Source: a bacterium
GTDB taxonomy: Bacteria; Patescibacteriota; Patescibacteriia; UBA9934
Length of the DNA: 35,115 bases
NCBI GenBank assembly: GCA_035438565.1
Contig: DAORIP010000001.1
Coordinates: 1-35,115 of the forward strand
Reading direction: 5' to 3'
Numbering within the stretch: position 1 is the first letter of the stretch; every line of letters starts with the position of its first letter. Of this stretch, positions 32,401 through 35,115 are shown piece after piece. The notes beneath the pieces are model-generated. The model was not told where the DNA came from. It searched no databases and worked only from the letters and a program-made list of their open reading frames with translations. Position numbers and translations under genes: made by a program.

Positions 32401-33975
32401 AGCAAACGTATTTGTAGCACCTGGCTGAACAGAATCACCATTCAAATACAGGATAAAGTCAGATTCCACTTCCGTTCCACCATTGTCATTTGGCAGCTCT
32501 TTCAACAAAACGGTGATCGTGCCCGTTGGATTATAGGTATTCGTAATAACACAGGTGACGTCCTGACCGGCCACAATCGTGCCTTCGCAATCATCGCTTT
32601 CCGTTTGAATGTAACCAACGGCTTCATTTTCACGGACTTCGTAATTGTCTCCGGCAGTCAACTCAACCTGCGTACCACCGTCAACGAAAACGGTATTAAC
32701 TGCGCCCGGAGCATGGTTTACGTCAAGTTTGTAGGAGAAATGACCAACTTCCTCATTGCTGCCAACAACCTGCTTAATGATCGTCAACGTGGCTGTCGTT
32801 GGTTCGGTTGGCTCTTCATAGTTCAAACCAAAGCGCATGTAGTCCTGATTGAGAACGGACGTCATGTTAATACCATAACACCATTCAGTTCCATTACCCA
32901 CAAAACCCTGAGTCATCGTGATAATGCCAACAGAAGTGACGGGATCGATGCTGTGCGCGTTCGCATCCAAATCCATGTCTACACCGTTGGGAGAAATACG
33001 CGTCCAACCAGCTCCTGCTGGCGGCTGTGCACATACATAGTAGTAAGCCGGTGGAAGGTTGTTAAAACGATATTGACCAGGAACAACACTGCCAGAGAAA
33101 AACAATGGGTTCGTATTACTATCCGTCGCGCCAGTCGTCATGCTATCAATCAGCTGATAGTTTTCATCGTAAAGTCGCACGGTGTGTCCAGAATAGAGGA
33201 AAGAGGGATCCTCATTAAAATCCAAACTTTGGTCTGCATCATTATAAACAATGCCCTGAATGGATGCTGTCTCGTGAGCGTCACGAGTAAATTTACGAGG
33301 GTTTGCAGAAACCGTCTCGCGACCATCCTCAGCCAAAGAAATATGTAGATCAGCACCATTACTGTATTGACCCGCCATCTCACTCAAACGACCGCAGAAT
33401 GGAACGAGAACCTGTGCGTTTGCAGGCACATTCTGAAGAACAATGTGATAATAACGATTTGGGTTACTTGGGACCAACGGATCACCCTCACCAAAAAATG
33501 GTCCATTTACTAACGCGGACACGCTAGAACCGCCAACCAACGGAAAACTCGTCACTGATGTAAGATCGGCGCCTGTAAAGCTAAAATCGTCCAAGTTGTC
33601 AGCTACGTTTGGGTCCGTAATACCGTGATTGAAGCTATATGTCTCGAGCCCCTGATAACCGACTACTCCGGTAGCAGCACGGAAATAATCGTAGTTAATG
33701 TTCAAATACATCTCAAAAGCAGGAGCGCTTGAATTGTTACTCACCTCCGCATACATCGGCACACACATACCTTCAGCGTATGCACCAACCAAACCATTTT
33801 GGAAGGAACCCGCTCCCTCTTGTTGAGCGCCGTTAAAAACGGCGGTAACTGATGCTGGCAGACGGAAACCCGTCAACGAAAATGCGGACTGTGGACCGGC
33901 CGCATGCGCAGCTTGAAGCGGCAAAACATTTAAGAACATCGCGAACACCGAGACCGCAGCAATGAAGCGTTTCAT
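29404..33975 (-). CDS. Giant LPXTG (LPRTG) cell-wall-anchored surface protein, 1523 aa from the ATG at 33975
   Basis: Signal peptide MKRFIAAVSVFAMFLNVLPLQAAHA. Two SdrD-B-like domains are present (GIVYNDADQSLDFNED...GQYRFNNLPPAYYYVC and GVLYKDMNGNGTYDEG...GQYRFRDLEAGTYYVC). A choice-of-anchor-C/DUF642-like domain follows (LVQNGSFESP...NQFIELDG...EYTLSFDFSAR). Six ~90-100-aa modules each end in C-x-[IV]-T-[NL]. A Gly/Asn/Asp linker precedes the C-terminal LPRTG, a hydrophobic helix and RRRKAE. Confidence 0.9.
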   Translation of the reverse strand: MKRFIAAVSVFAMFLNVLPLQAAHAAGPQSAFSLTGFRLPASVTAVFNGAQQEGAGSFQNGLVGAYAEGMCVPMYAEVSNNSSAPAFEMYLNINYDYFRAATGVVGYQGLETYSFNHGITDPNVADNLDDFSFTGADLTSVTSFPLVGGSSVSALVNGPFFGEGDPLVPSNPNRYYHIVLQNVPANAQVLVPFCGRLSEMAGQYSNGADLHISLAEDGRETVSANPRKFTRDAHETASIQGIVYNDADQSLDFNEDPSFLYSGHTVRLYDENYQLIDSMTTGATDSNTNPLFFSGSVVPGQYRFNNLPPAYYYVCAQPPAGAGWTRISPNGVDMDLDANAHSIDPVTSVGIITMTQGFVGNGTEWCYGINMTSVLNQDYMRFGLNYEEPTEPTTATLTIIKQVVGSNEEVGHFSYKLDVNHAPGAVNTVFVDGGTQVELTAGDNYEVRENEAVGYIQTESDDCEGTIVAGQDVTCVITNTYNPTGTITVLLKELPNDNGGTEVESDFILYLNGDSVQPGATNTFAPGTFTLSEAWANNHYNNFPNTNSVDEWYDVTYSCVDGNVVTTSPVIVLEDGHDVVCTITNDDIAPEVTVIKHVVGGGPLVASDFDMNVTATNPSLATFPGSETGTVITINPGSFSLDESSVAPEAQDYVADIPDECLNATLGLGDTLTCTITNTYAPLPVDAADGLLQGVLYKDMNGNGTYDEGHPSLPYRVNNVDVTLYDGAFTMVKTMDSGVATADSGPVVKGQYRFRDLEAGTYYVCVQGLDPNVWEQTSPSIGFVDPVLSASTNVSSVADPNSSGQYCYEVELAESQHQLRLRFGAQPATVVVNPGQCVGGELVQNGSFESPVVDPNASRGGTWDNFVDGTVDLFWRVLGLDDSASSGLEVQAGYAGWTPSNGNQFIELDGDEPNIISQELDTVPGVEYTLSFDFSARPETVAANNAVEVFWEGDSLGTITATTDIHGNTDWSQHVFTVTASGETAMLAFADRGATADSLGSFVDNVSVSCGDAPSNQGFLTLVLNVTNDDAGTAQASDYYFNLIDTLATQSVPGDETGLTAPVVGAYTALLVGNMFGYVADTSDPDCGGVMSVGAHLTCTVTLNDVEVVRITEPVTPVLACVEDIGNGYLMAHFGYVNTNAGSVFVQAGTIDNRITGGGFTGDGNHGQPSSFAVGSVPDAFQVSFPGDIPLVWTVVSANESRSTDQADFASPRCQDDEPATATLTVHKIVVNNGGDAIPSDFMLDVTGQNVSIDRGVHVYETVSFPGEELGTVVTLEEGAFEVTEPTVDGYSAQFEGDCEGVAVAGIQYDCIVTNVERGGSEIEGSLTFDVIVDGGDAPASGFNIFMNGGNVTAYHDGDVLPMAPGDYDIFVEPRTGYETTFSGDCTGLFAQNATGNIASDEDALCTITNRFVGGPSGGGSSGNNGGGSGNNGGDGGNGGDNGNGGDGNDNDTSGDRPDPEVLGESDENITNDGTGVGGSEEITPDPIVAGVTDELPRTGVPVAGVLALGSVLAFVSRRRKAE
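29608..29736 (-). repeat. Low-complexity Gly/Asn/Asp-coding triplet repeat tract
   Basis: Encodes GGPSGGGSSGNNGGGSGNNGGDGGNGGDNGNGGDGNDND. The DNA is an imperfect run of GGN/AAY/GAY triplets. Confidence 0.7.
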
Positions 33976-34022
33976 AAAACGTTGTGAAGCTGAAATATCA
34001 ATAAAATAATGACAAATTTGCT

Positions 34023-34050
34023 TTGAGATTACCATGACATACGGTAAAAT
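34023..34050 (+). promoter_or_regulatory. Sigma70-type promoter for the SGNH hydrolase gene
   Basis: TTGAGA (34023-34028), a 16-nt spacer, then TAAAAT (34045-34050), 27 nt upstream of the ATG. Confidence 0.4.
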
Positions 34051-34077
34051 GTCCAATATTCGATTCTTCTATTTACT

Positions 34078-34815
34078 ATGGTCATAGCTACAAAAATTAT
34101 TTTGCTCACCTTGGCCATAATCGTCCTCATTATCGCTATTGACATCATGCAAACACAACGTCTCATAGCCATCGGCATTCAGCAGACGCAGAAGGCTACA
34201 GCCTTTCAAAGGCGGTTGGTCAGTCCGGAGTACGCCATTCTTGTGATTGGTGATAGCTCGGCCGTTGGCGTGGGAGCGCTTCCGCCAGACAAATCAATAG
34301 CGGGAAGGCTAGCGAAAGACTTCCCAACCGCTGACATTGAAAACCTAGCCGTAAGTGGAAGCAAAGTACAAGACGCCATCATGCAACTAGGTAGCCTATC
34401 GCCTGATGCACGTTATGATCTCATTCTCATTCAAATTGGGGGTAACGATATCGTTCGAAGAACTCCGCTCTCAGATCTTCAACGCGACATCCCGGAGCTA
34501 CTTTCACGCGCTCAACAGCACACCGACAACGTCGTACAGCTCACAAGCGGAAATGTTGGAACTTCAAAGCTTCTTCCCTTTGGAACACGCTGGTATTTCA
34601 CGTTGCGCACAAAACAAGTACGCAAAATCTTCACGGCAGCCAACGCCAGTGCCGGAACGAGCTATGTCGACCTGTTCCGAAAACGCTCAGAGGACCCGTA
34701 CGCCAAAGACCCCCAAACGTACTACTCTCCCGACTTCTTCCACCCCAGCGCTGCCGGATATGGGGATTGGTACGCTTTTGTACGGCCTGTCGTTACCCAG
34801 ATTCTCTCCAAATAA
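34078..34815 (+). CDS. SGNH/GDSL-family hydrolase with an N-terminal membrane anchor
   Basis: Block I ILVIGDSSAVGVG, block III IQIGGNDI and block V DFFHPS. The N-terminal helix is IILLTLAIIVLIIAI. Confidence 0.85.
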   Translation: MVIATKIILLTLAIIVLIIAIDIMQTQRLIAIGIQQTQKATAFQRRLVSPEYAILVIGDSSAVGVGALPPDKSIAGRLAKDFPTADIENLAVSGSKVQDAIMQLGSLSPDARYDLILIQIGGNDIVRRTPLSDLQRDIPELLSRAQQHTDNVVQLTSGNVGTSKLLPFGTRWYFTLRTKQVRKIFTAANASAGTSYVDLFRKRSEDPYAKDPQTYYSPDFFHPSAAGYGDWYAFVRPVVTQILSK

Positions 34816-34819
34816 ACCC

Positions 34820-34848
34820 TTGCCACACCGCCACAAGAATGCTACACT
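34820..34848 (+). promoter_or_regulatory. Promoter of the tRNA-Thr/tRNA-Tyr unit
   Basis: TTGCCA (34820-34825), a 17-nt spacer containing TG at -15/-14, then TACACT (34843-34848), 20 nt upstream of the tRNA 5' end. Confidence 0.5.
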
Positions 34849-34868
34849 CTCGCGGCATTTGTGAGCCT

Positions 34869-34944
34869 GCCGACATAGCTCAGCTGGTAGAGCAACGGTT
34901 TTGTAAACCGTAGGTCGTCGGTTCAAGCCCGACTGTCGGCTCCA
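34869..34944 (+). tRNA. tRNA-Thr (anticodon UGU), CCA encoded
   Basis: I folded this by hand. Acceptor GCCGACA/TGTCGGC; D arm GCTC-AGCTGGTA-GAGC; anticodon arm ACGGT-TTTGTAA-ACCGT; variable loop AGGTC; T arm GTCGG-TTCAAGC-CCGAC; discriminator T plus CCA. 76 nt. Confidence 0.92.
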
Positions 34945-34992
34945 TTTGCACTTTTTAAAAAAGTGAGGCAAAATACTCCCGTTCCAAAAAGA

Positions 34993-35078
34993 GGGTCGAT
35001 ACCGAAGCGGTCAAACGGGGCAGACTGTAAATCTGCTGGCGCAAGCCTACGAAGGTTCGAACCCTTCTCGACCCACCA
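34993..35078 (+). tRNA. tRNA-Tyr (anticodon GUA), class II with long variable arm, CCA encoded
   Basis: Acceptor GGGTCGA/TCGACCC; D arm CCG-AAGCGGTCAAA-CGG; anticodon arm GCAGA-CTGTAAA-TCTGC; 14-nt variable arm TGGCGCAAGCCTAC; T arm GAAGG-TTCGAAC-CCTTC; A plus CCA. 86 nt. Confidence 0.92.
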
Positions 35079-35115
35079 GTAGAAAGCTGATTTAAACACC
35101 CAACTGCGTCGTCGT

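Noticed and set aside
32605-33348. 247-aa plus-strand ORF (also 30472-31017 and 29375-29803) inside the LPRTG gene
   Set aside because: They lie antisense to a 4.6-kb ORF with recognisable domains. 29375-29803 is merely the Pro-rich mirror of the Gly/Asn/Asp tract.
1-35115. CRISPR arrays, diversity-generating retroelements, transposons or prophage, and toxin-antitoxin or other defence systems
   Set aside because: I saw no regularly spaced direct repeats in intergenic DNA, and no reverse transcriptase, transposase, integrase, Cas or nuclease-like ORFs. No att-like duplicate of the tRNA 3' ends was noticed. All repeats I found are coding-domain repeats or terminator stems.

Overview
Bacterial chromosomal fragment using the standard genetic code: TGA works as a stop at 16379-16381 and in the ATGA crtE/crtB junction at 18732-18735. 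I can support about 34 protein-coding genes, two tRNAs (Thr-UGU, and Tyr-GUA with the long variable arm typical of Bacteria), eight hairpin terminators and several sigma70-like promoters. Five CDS are outside the supplied ORF track: a 5' partial nrdG running off the left edge and four ORFs of 33-57 aa. I saw no rRNA, CRISPR array, transposase, integrase, reverse transcriptase or recognisable defence gene. Left to right the window holds: nrdG-nrdD preceded by a Com-type zinc-finger gene and NrdR-box-like palindromes; DoxX-like and DUF457-like membrane proteins; an orphan 88-aa gene with its own promoter and terminators; a secreted esterase; a SAM methyltransferase; a 2053-aa membrane-anchored surface protein followed by a secreted protein sharing one of its modules; topoisomerase IB; a compact carotenoid locus (crtE-crtB-crtI, a UbiA-type lycopene-elongase-like gene, a CruF-like gene); a second, apparently split, secreted module protein; VOC, FemAB-like, cupredoxin, AlkD-like and LUD genes; then a cell-surface island (two CAP-domain proteins, a pilin-like protein, a sortase homologue, a 1523-aa LPRTG-anchored protein, an SGNH hydrolase). 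By coordinate arithmetic about 48 percent of the window (16.9 kb) encodes predicted secreted or surface proteins. The domain types resemble those of uncultivated small-genome bacteria (CPR/Patescibacteria-like), but that placement is an untested inference. The most unusual items are the sortase homologue whose nucleophile Cys is Ser, sitting next to its LPRTG substrate; the predicted C45/C50-type carotenoid locus; and the Com-like zinc finger plus a hairpin abutting the nrdD start codon.
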